Part shown: one piece after another, positions 9,573 to 19,075 of the stretch
Layout: each line of letters starts with the position of its first letter
How positions within the stretch are numbered: position 1 is the stretch's first letter
Assembly: GCA_031291825.1 (NCBI GenBank)
Contig: JARLIG010000009.1
Span: 65,281 to 129,280, forward strand
Length of the DNA: 64,000 nt
Direction: 5' to 3'
Source of the DNA: Minisyncoccota bacterium
GTDB taxonomy: Bacteria > Patescibacteriota > Minisyncoccia > Phycocordibacterales > UBA9973
Position numbers and translations under genes: made by a program
Notes under the pieces: model-generated
Seen by the model: the letters and a program-made list of their open reading frames with translations, nothing else
What the model was told of the DNA's origin: nothing
Database searches by the model: none

Positions 9573-11873
9573 CTATATTTCGCAAACCCCAGAAACACAA
9601 GCAAGTTCCTTGGCTCCGACAGTATTGTCGGTAGCTTCGTATTGAGAAAGCTTAGAAAAATCAATCTTACCAATGGCCTTTTTGCGCTTTTCGTATTCTT
9701 CTTTACTGATAGTTTCATATGGAGCCAATTTATAAACATGGTCAGATCGAGGCAAGAAAGACATACCGCCGACGTAATCCCAGTTTTCATAAACAAAGTT
9801 TCCAACGGCCAACCATTCATCTGGACCAACATAAATAGTCGCGGATGGATTGTGTTCCACAAAGTGTTGTTTTAATCTCTTCCATTCTTTCATCAAATCC
9901 AAGGCAGAGACTTCGTCTTTGAAGATTGCTCCCTCTGGAGCTTTAACTGGAAATTCTAAAACAAAAGTAGTTGCAGTTTCTGGAGACTGTCCAACTTCCG
10001 GCACGCAAGGCACTCCTTGATCTCGAGCCATCTGAAGCAATGTGTCAGTGTGTGAAATGCGAACACGACGAATAAAGTATGGAGCATACCAAGGATGCAT
10101 ACCACTTCCTACTCCGAGAAGCTGTCCCGAATTTCCGTGCGGCTTTACGCAAGTGATAGCGGTCGATTGATTGATACCAAAACGCTTAGCATATTTTTTA
10201 TTTGTTTCAATTGCATCAAGTCTCAAAGTATCCAAAACTTTATCATCTCGGATAATTGGATTGTCATAGTATCCGGTCAAAGAAACACCGAGCAATCTTT
10301 CTGCGTCACAATTTTCTTTCCATTTCTTAGAAAGATAACCAAAGTTCGTCAAAGTTGATTGATAAGTTCCGAGCAAGGTCGCTAATTCCATTTTTTTCTT
10401 TAAGGTAGCAACCGTATCTTTCGGACGAATCACAATACTGGTCAAATTACAAAATTGTTTGGAGCGTAGGTAAATTTCTCCGCAAGGATTCAAACCAATT
10501 TGTTTTTCGTCTTTGATAGCTGCCCATCTTCGCGCAGGTAACTGTTTCTCTAATCCCCCACGATTGAAAATTCCTCTCTCTCCAGAACGAGACTTCACTA
10601 AAGCTGTCCATTCACTTAGAAATTCTTCCGCTGATGGTTTAGTGTCATAAACTGCAGAATTGTTTGCCATCGCTCTTTGTCCTTCAGTTAGATAAAATTG
10701 TCCTTTCTTCGCATCACGCATTTCGGTGTCTTCCAATTCAGAAAGAGAAATGAGTGCACTGCGTCGTACTCCACCAGCCACGACAATCATACCAATCTGG
10801 CAGATCAAGTCATGCATATCAAGATTTGAAAGACGACGACCTTGCTTAGATAAAATTTTTCTTTTCGCAAACTCCACTAAATCAATGAGCGGTTGCGGAC
10901 CTGAGGCTTTTCCGCCAGCTGTCTCTAATCTTGCTCCAGCTGGCCTAATCATAGAGTAATCAAACTTTACGTCCTTTCCATCAAACCAAGCGTTTAATCC
11001 CAACACAAAAGCATCTGCCCAACCTTCTTTACTGTCTTTGACTACGTGTACGGCAGGCTTTTCATGACCTTGCTTCTTTATCTGAGGAAATTGTTGAACA
11101 TTTTCCGATTCAACGGCGAAACCAAGCCCTGCGCCACACATTGAAACATACATTATTTCTCCCAAGTCTTGCGTGCAGGTAGGAGCGATGTAGGAACAAT
11201 TGTAAGCCCAGACATTTGAATTGCGACAAGCCTTACCGGAAGACCACAAGAGGCGCATCGATGGACAGATATCCTGATTTAAAATTGCTTCGCGAACTTC
11301 GGCATATTCTTTGGCCGTCAATTTGTCTCCAAGATTTTCTTTCATATAAGCCATGTAGCGGTCAACAGTTTCTATCCAAGTCTCGCGACGACCCAACTCT
11401 GGAATCCATCGTGAATAAAATTGATAGAAAATATATTCGGAGTAAGGACTAGAAAAATATTTACTCGACTCTTCAACAGCTAAACGCACCGCTTCTGACA
11501 CCGGACCAAATTCTTTACGGAGTTCTGAACGCTTGTTTCGGTAAAGAATATATTTTTTTGCTGTCTCGGAAAAACCACCTTTCATTAATTCTTTTTCCAC
11601 TAAGTCTTGAACAACTTCCACGGTTGGCAAAAATTTTGCTCCTTTCACCTCACTGACTAATTTACTTTGCAAATCGTGCAAACTTTTCAAAACACCATTA
11701 GCAACAATTTGAGCTTCCTTCTCTCCTCCTTCACTCGAAGCTTCGAAGGCTTTGAAGGATGCGCGAATGATTCTCTCTAAATCAAAAGGAACTACTTCTC
11801 CAGTGCGGCGACGAATTGATTTTATTTTTGATGATGCACTTTTTGAAATTTTTTCAGTTGTTTTTGTTTTCAT
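9573..11873 (-). CDS. nrdJ: adenosylcobalamin-dependent (class II) ribonucleotide reductase
   Basis: 766 aa with N-terminal ATP-cone (VVPFDLERIIRA) and the NrdJ catalytic core (NPCGEI active-site Cys loop). Confidence 0.85.
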   Translation of the reverse strand: MKTKTTEKISKSASSKIKSIRRRTGEVVPFDLERIIRASFKAFEASSEGGEKEAQIVANGVLKSLHDLQSKLVSEVKGAKFLPTVEVVQDLVEKELMKGGFSETAKKYILYRNKRSELRKEFGPVSEAVRLAVEESSKYFSSPYSEYIFYQFYSRWIPELGRRETWIETVDRYMAYMKENLGDKLTAKEYAEVREAILNQDICPSMRLLWSSGKACRNSNVWAYNCSYIAPTCTQDLGEIMYVSMCGAGLGFAVESENVQQFPQIKKQGHEKPAVHVVKDSKEGWADAFVLGLNAWFDGKDVKFDYSMIRPAGARLETAGGKASGPQPLIDLVEFAKRKILSKQGRRLSNLDMHDLICQIGMIVVAGGVRRSALISLSELEDTEMRDAKKGQFYLTEGQRAMANNSAVYDTKPSAEEFLSEWTALVKSRSGERGIFNRGGLEKQLPARRWAAIKDEKQIGLNPCGEIYLRSKQFCNLTSIVIRPKDTVATLKKKMELATLLGTYQSTLTNFGYLSKKWKENCDAERLLGVSLTGYYDNPIIRDDKVLDTLRLDAIETNKKYAKRFGINQSTAITCVKPHGNSGQLLGVGSGMHPWYAPYFIRRVRISHTDTLLQMARDQGVPCVPEVGQSPETATTFVLEFPVKAPEGAIFKDEVSALDLMKEWKRLKQHFVEHNPSATIYVGPDEWLAVGNFVYENWDYVGGMSFLPRSDHVYKLAPYETISKEEYEKRKKAIGKIDFSKLSQYEATDNTVGAKELACVSGVCEI

Positions 11874-11878
11874 ATAAT

Positions 11879-12472
11879 TTAAATTGTTTTAGGATTAAAG
11901 GTGTTAATAATTAGCTCGGGCTCTTTTTCCCGACTGGGCAGTGAAATCTTTTTCCTTACTAAAAAATTATATACAGCTGGAGATAACACGATGGCAAAAG
12001 CGACATTACCAATCAAGTGCAACGCAGTAAATGGAATTTGTCCAATCAAAGCATTCATAAATGGCTGATGAAACATCATCGGACCAACCATCAATCCAGT
12101 TACTGCGTCAAAAAATAAAGTTCCGAAGATTGCAAAACGCACATAACCCCACCTATTCCCCTTATCTTTCGCAAAATAAAGAGCAGAACAAAGTCCAATG
12201 ATGCCATAAGCTCCTGCTGTAAAAAATGTTTGTAATCCAAGTGTGTGTGTCACTAAATCAAAAAGTAAAATACTCAATACTGCAAAAGAAAAACCACCCA
12301 TCGCTCCATAGACACGGCCCATAGGCATCGTAGTCGCCATGATTGGCTCTATGTTCGGAGCACGAAATGGAATTAATCTGACTAAAAGACATAAGACTAA
12401 GGAGATGACGAACTTGAAATAACTTTTCTTAATTGTTTGTTTGCTCGTTTGCATTGGACAGTCATTATACAC
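11879..12472 (-). CDS. ECF-transporter substrate-specific (S) component, possibly the cobalamin-specific CbrT type
   Basis: ~190 aa, 5-6 TM helices typical of ECF S components; 5 nt upstream of nrdJ in the same orientation, so probably one operon with nrdJ-pduO. Confidence 0.5.
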   Translation of the reverse strand: MYNDCPMQTSKQTIKKSYFKFVISLVLCLLVRLIPFRAPNIEPIMATTMPMGRVYGAMGGFSFAVLSILLFDLVTHTLGLQTFFTAGAYGIIGLCSALYFAKDKGNRWGYVRFAIFGTLFFDAVTGLMVGPMMFHQPFMNALIGQIPFTALHLIGNVAFAIVLSPAVYNFLVRKKISLPSREKEPELIINTFNPKTI

Positions 12473-12721
12473 GAAAACACTCCCCTTGTGTAAAGTGGAT
12501 AACCACCCTTTTTTGACAATTTCCCACCAAAAAATTTTTAAGCAATAGAAAAAAAATAAAACAAGACGTCTCTAACACATCGCTCTTTTTGAGTTTTAAA
12601 ATTGGTCTTTTTTGAGAAAATTTTTTCCCACTTCTAAGATTTTTAAAAAAATATTACCCTTGACAAAACAAAAAATATGATTTTTAGTATAAAAACTGAA
12701 GATTCTTTCAACTTTGGTTCG

Positions 12722-13213
12722 TCAATTTATATATTCTTTCTTTTTTGTCTTTTTATCTTTTATAATTTCTTGTATCCTTCCGATAAGTTGATCAACACTT
12801 GACTTGATTTCTTTTTCTTCTATCTCATCCAAGGTTTCGTCAGGTAAAGCAGGATGATTTTTTTTGTCTGAATTCTTTTCAGACGTCATTGTCTCCAACT
12901 CTTCTCCCTTAGTAACTAATAACTCAAAACGTTTTAAGCTTATTTCTAGTGGTATGTTTAAATCTCTCTGTTTTTCAAGGTCTAGTAGAATATCTTCTTG
13001 AATTTTTTCTGATAAAACTTTAAATCTGCCAAGAGATTTTTCAATATCTGTAGCGTGGTTCAATAAAAAGTCTTCTGCTGAATTTATGGGAACCATTAGA
13101 GGCTCATCAATGACCCCTAAGCCATTATCATTTAAAATTTTCTCCCAATCTAATTCAGGGTCAATCTCTGACTCTGGTTTGATATTTTTTTGTTGTTCAG
13201 GTTTTCCTTCCAT
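12722..13213 (-). CDS. hypothetical acidic protein
   Basis: 163-aa Glu/Asp/Lys-rich ORF, no motif recognised. Confidence 0.35.
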   Translation of the reverse strand: MEGKPEQQKNIKPESEIDPELDWEKILNDNGLGVIDEPLMVPINSAEDFLLNHATDIEKSLGRFKVLSEKIQEDILLDLEKQRDLNIPLEISLKRFELLVTKGEELETMTSEKNSDKKNHPALPDETLDEIEEKEIKSSVDQLIGRIQEIIKDKKTKKKEYIN

Positions 13214-13244
13214 GTTTTTATATTAAATTGATAATGATTAAAAT

Positions 13245-13532
13245 TTATTTAGATTCTTTAGCTAAAATATTTTTTACCGCTTCTAAAAGGTGTTCAATAT
13301 ATTTTTTTCTTTCTTCCAAGACCAGATTGAGCTTGGCTATCGTTTTTGTAAATATTTCATTCCTGCCTGAACTATCTATTAGCAAAGTACCGTCTGGTTC
13401 TCTTTCTAAACTTTCTGGAGATTTTTCTCTCATCAAAGCAATATAATCACCGGCGTCAAAAAAAGCTGTCGCCTTGATTAATGCATCTCTTTTATTTTCT
13501 ATAGGATTTTTTGAAGAAAATTTTTCTGCCAT
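13245..13532 (-). CDS. hypothetical protein
   Basis: 95-aa ORF immediately downstream of a tRNA. Confidence 0.3.
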   Translation of the reverse strand: MAEKFSSKNPIENKRDALIKATAFFDAGDYIALMREKSPESLEREPDGTLLIDSSGRNEIFTKTIAKLNLVLEERKKYIEHLLEAVKNILAKESK

Positions 13533-13548
13533 ATTTTTATTCTTCTTG

Positions 13549-13622
13549 TCCGTCCTCTTGGACTCGAACCAAGGACCCTCGAGGTATAAGCTCGATGCTC
13601 TAACCAGCTGAGCTAAGGACGG
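13549..13622 (-). tRNA. tRNA-Ile (UAU anticodon)
   Basis: Reverse complement CCGTCCTTAGCTCAGCTGGTTAGAGCATCGAGCTTATACCTCGAGGGTCCTTGGTTCGAGTCCAAGAGGACGGA has anticodon stem TCGAG/CTCGA with loop CTTATAC, A73 and C1:G72. Confidence 0.7.
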
Positions 13623-13668
13623 AGTTTCATCTCATAGAACATTATCTCATTTTTAAAAGAAAAACAAA

Positions 13669-15588
13669 CTACACTTCAGTTGTAGTAATAACTTCTTTTT
13701 TCTTTAAAAGAATTCCATGCGCAGTAAGAATCTTTTCATATTCCTCTTGTTCGAGAGTTTCCACCTCGATTAGTTTGTGCGCTATAGCGGTGAAAGCTTT
13801 TTTATATTCGGTCAAAACTTTTTCGGCAGTTTGCAACCCGTCATTGATGATTCTGGAAACTTCCGCATCCACTTTTGTAGAAACAGTTTCAGAAAATTCT
13901 CTTTCAGCTACTTCGCCATATTGTGGCTTGCCACCAGAATCAACCAATGCGATTGGGCCGATGAGTGGAGACATTCCCCAGCGTGTCACCATCGCGCGCG
14001 CCAAACTAGTTGAAACTTGTAAATCACTCGATGGACCAGTCGTCACATCGCCGAAAATCATTTGCTCCGCCACGTAGCCACCAAGTGACATTGCAATATC
14101 ATCAATGAATTCCTTCTTGGATTGCAAACGTCTTTCTTCTAAAGGCAATTTTAAGGTGTATCCACCCGCATTACCACGCGCAATAATAGACACCTTATGT
14201 ACTGGATCAGCGTGCGGAAGCACCGAAGCCACGATGGCATGCCCTGCTTCATGATAAGCGGTGATTTCTTTTTCTTTCTTAGAAAGTAAATGACTCTTAC
14301 GTTCAGGGCCAAGCATTACTTTTTCAATCGCACGGATAAGGTCGAACTGGAAAACTTTTTTACGATTCTCTCGAGCTGCCAAGATAGCACCTTCGTTCAT
14401 CAGTGAATATAAATCAGCTCCAGAAAAACCAGGAGTGCGTTCAGCAATCAATGTAAGATTGATGTCTTCGGCAAGAGGTTTTTTAAGCGCGTGAATTTTT
14501 AAGATTTCTTCGCGGTCAGCGCGGTCTGGTAAGTCAAGAATAACTTTTCTATCAAAACGTCCTGGACGAACAAGCGCTGGGTCTAACACATCTGGTCGAT
14601 TTGTCGCCGCCATGACAATAACTTTATCATTTGGTTCGAAGCCATCCATCTCGACGAGAATTTGATTGAGAGTTTGTTCACGTTCATCGTTGCCTCCGCC
14701 GAATCCTCCGCCACGTGTACGTCCAATCGCATCGATTTCATCCACGAAGATAATCGCTGGTGCCGCGCGCTTGGCCATTTTGAAAAGGTCCCGTACTCTT
14801 GAAGCTCCGACACCGACAAACATTTCTACGAATTCACTTCCGGAAAGATGGAAAAAAGGGACACCTGCCTCCCCTGCGACTGCTCGCGCGAGCAAAGTTT
14901 TTCCTGTTCCTGGAGCACCGGTAAGTATTACTCCTTTCGGAATTCTCGCGCCGATGTCTAAAAACTTTTTCGGACTTTTCAAAAAGTCTACAATTTCTTT
15001 CAGTTCTTCTTTCGCTTCTTTACAACCAGCCACATCTTTAAAGGTCACTCGATTGTTTTTATCATTCGGGTCAGTTACGCGCGCCTTGGATTGTCCAAAA
15101 GAAAATGCCTGCATCCCCGCGCCTTTAACCTGACGAGATAAATACCAGAAGAAAATCAAAATAAACAGCAACGATAAAATTATTGGCGAAAAATTCAAAA
15201 ACCAATACATAAATCCAGTTTCATCTTTTATTTGAATATCTGTCTTCGCAAGCGCTGTCGCCGGCACACCGTAATCAAAAAGTGTCTGTGAAAGTGGCGC
15301 ATCAACTTCTTTTTTGGAATCCTTCACATCGCCGTTTTGATAAGTGATAGTGAGCTGGTCGCCTTCGACGACAATCGTTTTCACATTTCCAGCAATCACG
15401 CTGTTTGCTAAATCCGAAATAGAAACCTGTGGAGTCGCTTTACCACTACCGGTCACTACTAGATAGAGAGCAGTCATCAGCATAAAGAAAAACACTGCGC
15501 CAGCCAAGCTCCCGCCCCATTTCGTGTTCTTTTTCTTCTTTTTACCCTTATCTTGCGGGTCTTTTTGATTAAGGAAATTAAAATCCAT
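13669..15588 (-). CDS. ftsH: ATP-dependent zinc metalloprotease FtsH
   Basis: N-terminal TM helices, AAA Walker A/B ([13 protein letters not shown]), second region of homology, HEAGHA zinc motif. Confidence 0.9.
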   Translation of the reverse strand: MDFNFLNQKDPQDKGKKKKKNTKWGGSLAGAVFFFMLMTALYLVVTGSGKATPQVSISDLANSVIAGNVKTIVVEGDQLTITYQNGDVKDSKKEVDAPLSQTLFDYGVPATALAKTDIQIKDETGFMYWFLNFSPIILSLLFILIFFWYLSRQVKGAGMQAFSFGQSKARVTDPNDKNNRVTFKDVAGCKEAKEELKEIVDFLKSPKKFLDIGARIPKGVILTGAPGTGKTLLARAVAGEAGVPFFHLSGSEFVEMFVGVGASRVRDLFKMAKRAAPAIIFVDEIDAIGRTRGGGFGGGNDEREQTLNQILVEMDGFEPNDKVIVMAATNRPDVLDPALVRPGRFDRKVILDLPDRADREEILKIHALKKPLAEDINLTLIAERTPGFSGADLYSLMNEGAILAARENRKKVFQFDLIRAIEKVMLGPERKSHLLSKKEKEITAYHEAGHAIVASVLPHADPVHKVSIIARGNAGGYTLKLPLEERRLQSKKEFIDDIAMSLGGYVAEQMIFGDVTTGPSSDLQVSTSLARAMVTRWGMSPLIGPIALVDSGGKPQYGEVAEREFSETVSTKVDAEVSRIINDGLQTAEKVLTEYKKAFTAIAHKLIEVETLEQEEYEKILTAHGILLKKKEVITTTEV

Positions 15589-15647
15589 TCCAGTATATTA
15601 GCACAAAAAAACCGAAAGGTGAAATTCAGTTTATCTATAAATATCTG

Positions 15648-16036
15648 TGGAGATGGGGGAAATCGAATCCCCGTGCAGAAGGTAGTTGTAAAGAAGTCTA
15701 CATGCTTAGCGCGCTTTTTGGTTTAAATTAAAAAATTCTTAAACGTGCCAAATATTTTTTAATCGAGCTCTAAATTTTCGAGCGTATGTTCGAGCGGGCA
15801 ACGCCTTATCCCGATAATATTATGCCTCGTCTTATATATCGGAAGTCTATAAGAGAGACACCACCCTAGGCTTACGCGAAAGATGGAGCAAGAGCTAACG
15901 AGTTACCGAAGTAAGGCGAAAGCATTGCCGTGAAAGCTGATTTTGCAATTAGCTATTGAACGAATTTTTACGAGATTACGTTCATACTCGACATGCATCA
16001 ATGACAAATGGCCAACTGTCTATGCCTTGCATCCCC
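15648..16036 (-). ncRNA. ssrA: tmRNA (ssrA), one-piece
   Basis: Immediately downstream of smpB on the same strand; 5' GGGGATG pairs with 3' CATCTCC acceptor; T-arm GGGGATTCGATTTCCCC; internal tag-like reading frame ending ...LAPSFA-TAA. Confidence 0.65.
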
Positions 16037-16047
16037 ATATTTGTATT

Positions 16048-16494
16048 TCAACGTTCTTTGAAATCCCTGCGAATCTCGCGATCTGTGTCGCGCTTCTTGA
16101 TAGTTTCGCGTTTATCAAATTTTTTCTTGCCTTTGACCAGCGCGATTTCTACCTTGATTTTTCTATTTTTATTATACACTGAAATTGGCACTATTGTCAA
16201 ACTCTTGTTTTTCTCGCTTCCGGCGAGTTCGGCAATTTCTTTTTTGGTCAGTAAAAGTTTTCTGTTTTTAAGCGGGTCGTAATCTTTTGGAGAATTTTTG
16301 GGCTGATATGGAGGGATATTCGCGTTGATGAGAAATGCTTCACCACCACGTATAATGACAAAAGCTCCTTCGAGTGACATCTGCCCCGCACGCACGGACT
16401 TTACTTCCGTACCCAAAAGCTCAATACCTGTTTCGTATTTTTCTAAGATTTCGTAATTGAACCGCGCTTTGCGGTTTTCAGTATAATTTGCCAT
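16048..16494 (-). CDS. smpB: SsrA-binding protein SmpB
   Basis: NRKARFNYEILEKYEAGIEL...GAFVIIRGGEAFL canonical SmpB. Confidence 0.9.
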   Translation of the reverse strand: MANYTENRKARFNYEILEKYETGIELLGTEVKSVRAGQMSLEGAFVIIRGGEAFLINANIPPYQPKNSPKDYDPLKNRKLLLTKKEIAELAGSEKNKSLTIVPISVYNKNRKIKVEIALVKGKKKFDKRETIKKRDTDREIRRDFKER

Positions 16495-16616
16495 AGATAC
16501 ATATTATCACACAATATCTCCTAGCCTATTCTGTGGTTGACTTTAGCCCAGAATTAGGCTATTATCCCCTAGTAGTTAAAGCTCGCTTGGTTCAATCGCG
16601 AGCTACTTAATATCAA

Positions 16617-17120
16617 TTGCGAGAAAGAATAAACAACCAAATACGGGCGCGAGAAGTTCGAGTCTTAGACAGCGAAAACAAAAATCTTGGGGTTTTAAGC
16701 ATTAAAGATGCTCTTGAGATGGCAGAGAGCAAAGGTTTGGATTTAATAGAAATATCTCCAAATGGCAATCCGCCCATCGCCAAGATAATGGATTTCGGCA
16801 AGTATCAGTATGAGGCTAGTAAAAAGTTAAAGAAAGCCAAAGCTGGAGCCAACAAGACCGAAACCAAGTCCATTCAGATAAAAATAGGCACAGGAGACCA
16901 CGATTTAGAGCTCAAAGCGAAAACCGCTTCCAAATGGCTCAAAGAAGGTCATCGCATCAAAGTTGAACTTTTCTTAGCCGGACGTGCAAAGTATATGGAT
17001 GAGAAATTTTTAAGAGAACGTTTAGATAGAGTATTACATTTGATTACCGAAGAATATAAAGTATCAGATTCATACAAAAAAGGTCCAAAAGGTTTAACCA
17101 TAACAATCGAGAAGAAGTAG
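16617..17120 (+). CDS. infC: translation initiation factor IF-3
   Basis: INNQIRAREVRVLD...LDLIEISPNGNPPIAKIMDFGKYQYE; the true start may be a non-ATG codon, as is usual for infC. Confidence 0.85.
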   Translation: MRERINNQIRAREVRVLDSENKNLGVLSIKDALEMAESKGLDLIEISPNGNPPIAKIMDFGKYQYEASKKLKKAKAGANKTETKSIQIKIGTGDHDLELKAKTASKWLKEGHRIKVELFLAGRAKYMDEKFLRERLDRVLHLITEEYKVSDSYKKGPKGLTITIEKK

Positions 17121-17166
17121 TTATAAAGTTTATAAAGTGAAAAGTTATAAAGTATAATACAAATTT

Positions 17167-17361
17167 ATGAAAGGAATGAAAACAAACAAGTCATACAGTA
17201 AGAGATTAAAGCTCACGAAAAATGGGAAAGTTCTTTCCCGCAAGCCTGGCTTTAACCATTTCAATGCCAAACAATCACGCGTCACCGAGCTCGCTGGCAA
17301 GAAACGCCAAAATTTTGTTATTAAAAACAAGCCAAAAAGTCACTTGTTGCCTTTTTCCTAA
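17167..17361 (+). CDS. rpmI: 50S ribosomal protein L35
   Basis: MKGMKTNKSYSKRLKLTKNGKV... L35 pattern; infC-rpmI-rplT order. Confidence 0.85.
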   Translation: MKGMKTNKSYSKRLKLTKNGKVLSRKPGFNHFNAKQSRVTELAGKKRQNFVIKNKPKSHLLPFS

Positions 17362-17380
17362 TTAGTAATTTAAAAAATAT

Positions 17381-17725
17381 ATGACAAGAGTAAAAAAGGG
17401 AGTACATGCATTAAAACGAAGGAGAAGTGTCTTGAAGCAGACCAAAGGAATGCGTCATGGACGTAGCACAAAAGAACGTCAAGCAAAAGACGCACTTTTG
17501 CACTCTGGAAGTTATTCTTTTGCGCACCGCAAAGACAAGAAGTCGCACAATCGCAAGCTTTGGAATATTAAAATCAATGCTGGTGCACGTGAACTCGGTA
17601 TGTCTTATTCAAAACTGATGGGCGCTTTACACAAGAAAAATATTCTGCTTGACCGCAAGATTCTCTCAGGCTTAGCCGAACACAATCCTGAAACTTTTGC
17701 CAAAGTACTTGCAGCTGTAAAATAA
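17381..17725 (+). CDS. rplT: 50S ribosomal protein L20
   Basis: MTRVKKGVHALKRRRSVLKQTKG...FAHRKDKK canonical L20. Confidence 0.9.
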   Translation: MTRVKKGVHALKRRRSVLKQTKGMRHGRSTKERQAKDALLHSGSYSFAHRKDKKSHNRKLWNIKINAGARELGMSYSKLMGALHKKNILLDRKILSGLAEHNPETFAKVLAAVK

Positions 17726-17737
17726 AAATACACAAAT

Positions 17738-17762
17738 AAAAATCCCCTTCTCGGGGATTTTT
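17738..17762. terminator. bidirectional intrinsic terminator AAAATCCCCTTCTCGGGGATTTT
   Basis: GC hairpin flanked by A and T runs after rplT; same architecture at 21277-21298 and 47805-47826. Confidence 0.6.
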
Positions 17763-17778
17763 ATTATTATTTAAATAA

Positions 17779-18282
17779 TTAATCTGAAGAAAAATCAATC
17801 TTTTTAAAAACATCACTCCAAGATGGACCAAATTGCTTACCTAACCTCTTTATTAAAACCCGATCAGAAGGATCACCTTCTTCTTTCAAGAAATTATAGT
17901 CACTTATCGTAAACCTCACCTTTCTCTTTTCTTCTTCACTTAAAATATCTTTTCCGAGTTCTTTGGCCCTCTCTCGACATTTTTTATTAAAAGCTCTATT
18001 GATTGCATCCAGTAGATCTTTTTCAGAAAATTTGTTTTCGATTTTACCTTTTTGTATACCATACTTATCCAAAAAAACACCAACATCAAGATGGTCGAAT
18101 AAATCTGTTGGCACTTCCGACACCGCTCCATCCTTCACAGCACTTTCTAGTTGTGCTGCGGTGGTATTGTGTAATTCCACATAACATCTTAGCCGTTCTG
18201 CATAAGAATCCTTTAAAGGATCATTCCTGTATTTGTTAACGTTAGATTCTTTTTTGGAAAAGTTAACTTCTGGAGTCTTCAT
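17779..18282 (-). CDS. hypothetical protein
   Basis: 167-aa ORF, no motif recognised. Confidence 0.3.
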   Translation of the reverse strand: MKTPEVNFSKKESNVNKYRNDPLKDSYAERLRCYVELHNTTAAQLESAVKDGAVSEVPTDLFDHLDVGVFLDKYGIQKGKIENKFSEKDLLDAINRAFNKKCRERAKELGKDILSEEEKRKVRFTISDYNFLKEEGDPSDRVLIKRLGKQFGPSWSDVFKKIDFSSD

Positions 18283-18302
18283 AAAGAAATTTATTTAACT
18301 TT

Positions 18303-18908
18303 CTAAGCAGATGTTTTTGTAACTTTATACTCAACCTTATCTTTTTTTACCATAACAATGATTTCTTCTAATAGTTTTTTGGGGTCCTTGCCTTTGACAA
18401 TCTTTGAATTAGGACGGTGGCCTTTGGCAAGAATTTCTTCCAGCTCTGCCCCCATATCCCATGGGCCTTCAAATATACCTAGAGGTTTTGCATCTTCAAA
18501 AGCGACAGTGAACTCGTGAATCGTACCGATACGTCCACAGCCACAGATGACTGCATCTGCACTACGAGTGAGAAGTAGGTCACGTCCAGGATAGCCAAAG
18601 CCAGTGTAAATAATCAAATCCATATAATCAAGCGGAAGCTTGTAGACTTCCACATGTTCTCGTTCAGATGCGGCTGGAGATATGCCAATAGAAATTCCAC
18701 CGGCTTCTTTCGCTCCCATCGCTGTCCAAAAAGGAAAACCCGTCGTAGCGCCAGTTACCAACACTGCTCCTTGGCGGGCAATTTCTCGTCCGAGTTCTTT
18801 TGCTAGATCGAGTGCACCGAGACCGCAAGCACTAGTCTCTGCCGCACCAGAAACACAAATTTTTATTTGATTGTGTCCATGTTTATCGTTTAGTTCTTTT
18901 AAATCCAT
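18303..18908 (-). CDS. LOG/TIGR00725-like Rossmann-fold nucleotide-binding protein
   Basis: ICVSGAAETSACGLG...VTGATTGFPFW...ICGCGRIGTIHE resembles LOG-family GGGxGxMG/PGGxGTxxE; TATAAT lies 6 nt before the ATG. Confidence 0.45.
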   Translation of the reverse strand: MDLKELNDKHGHNQIKICVSGAAETSACGLGALDLAKELGREIARQGAVLVTGATTGFPFWTAMGAKEAGGISIGISPAASEREHVEVYKLPLDYMDLIIYTGFGYPGRDLLLTRSADAVICGCGRIGTIHEFTVAFEDAKPLGIFEGPWDMGAELEEILAKGHRPNSKIVKGKDPKKLLEEIIVMVKKDKVEYKVTKTSA

Positions 18909-18942
18909 TCGAGCATTATAGCACCAAAAAAGAAGATTCCAA

Positions 18943-19054
18943 AATTTTAGAGACTTGCGCAGTGCGACGGCACGAGCAGGAAGAATTTTTGATTTTGCGA
19001 AATCATGTCGCGTAAGTCCTACTAACGCGACTAAAATATCTGTGCTCTAAAATT
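18943..19054 (+). repeat. composite intergenic repeat: ~75-nt element X with 10-nt terminal inverted repeats (AATTTTAGAG...CTCTAAAATT) that contains a copy of the 45-nt GCGAAATCATGTCGCG motif
   Basis: Second copy of X at 25262-25338 lacks the inner motif and has compensatory changes in both arms (AATTTTGGAG...CTCCAAAATT); shared core CTTGCGCAG...CGAGCAGGAAGAATTTTT...ATATCTGTGCTC. Confidence 0.65.
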
Positions 19055-19075
19055 TGGGAATCTTCTTTTAATTTT

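Noticed and set aside
12473-12721. Cobalamin riboswitch upstream of the ECF S-component/nrdJ operon
   Set aside because: Expected from the gene context, but no B12-box-like consensus is visible. Left as a long leader of unknown function pending cmscan.
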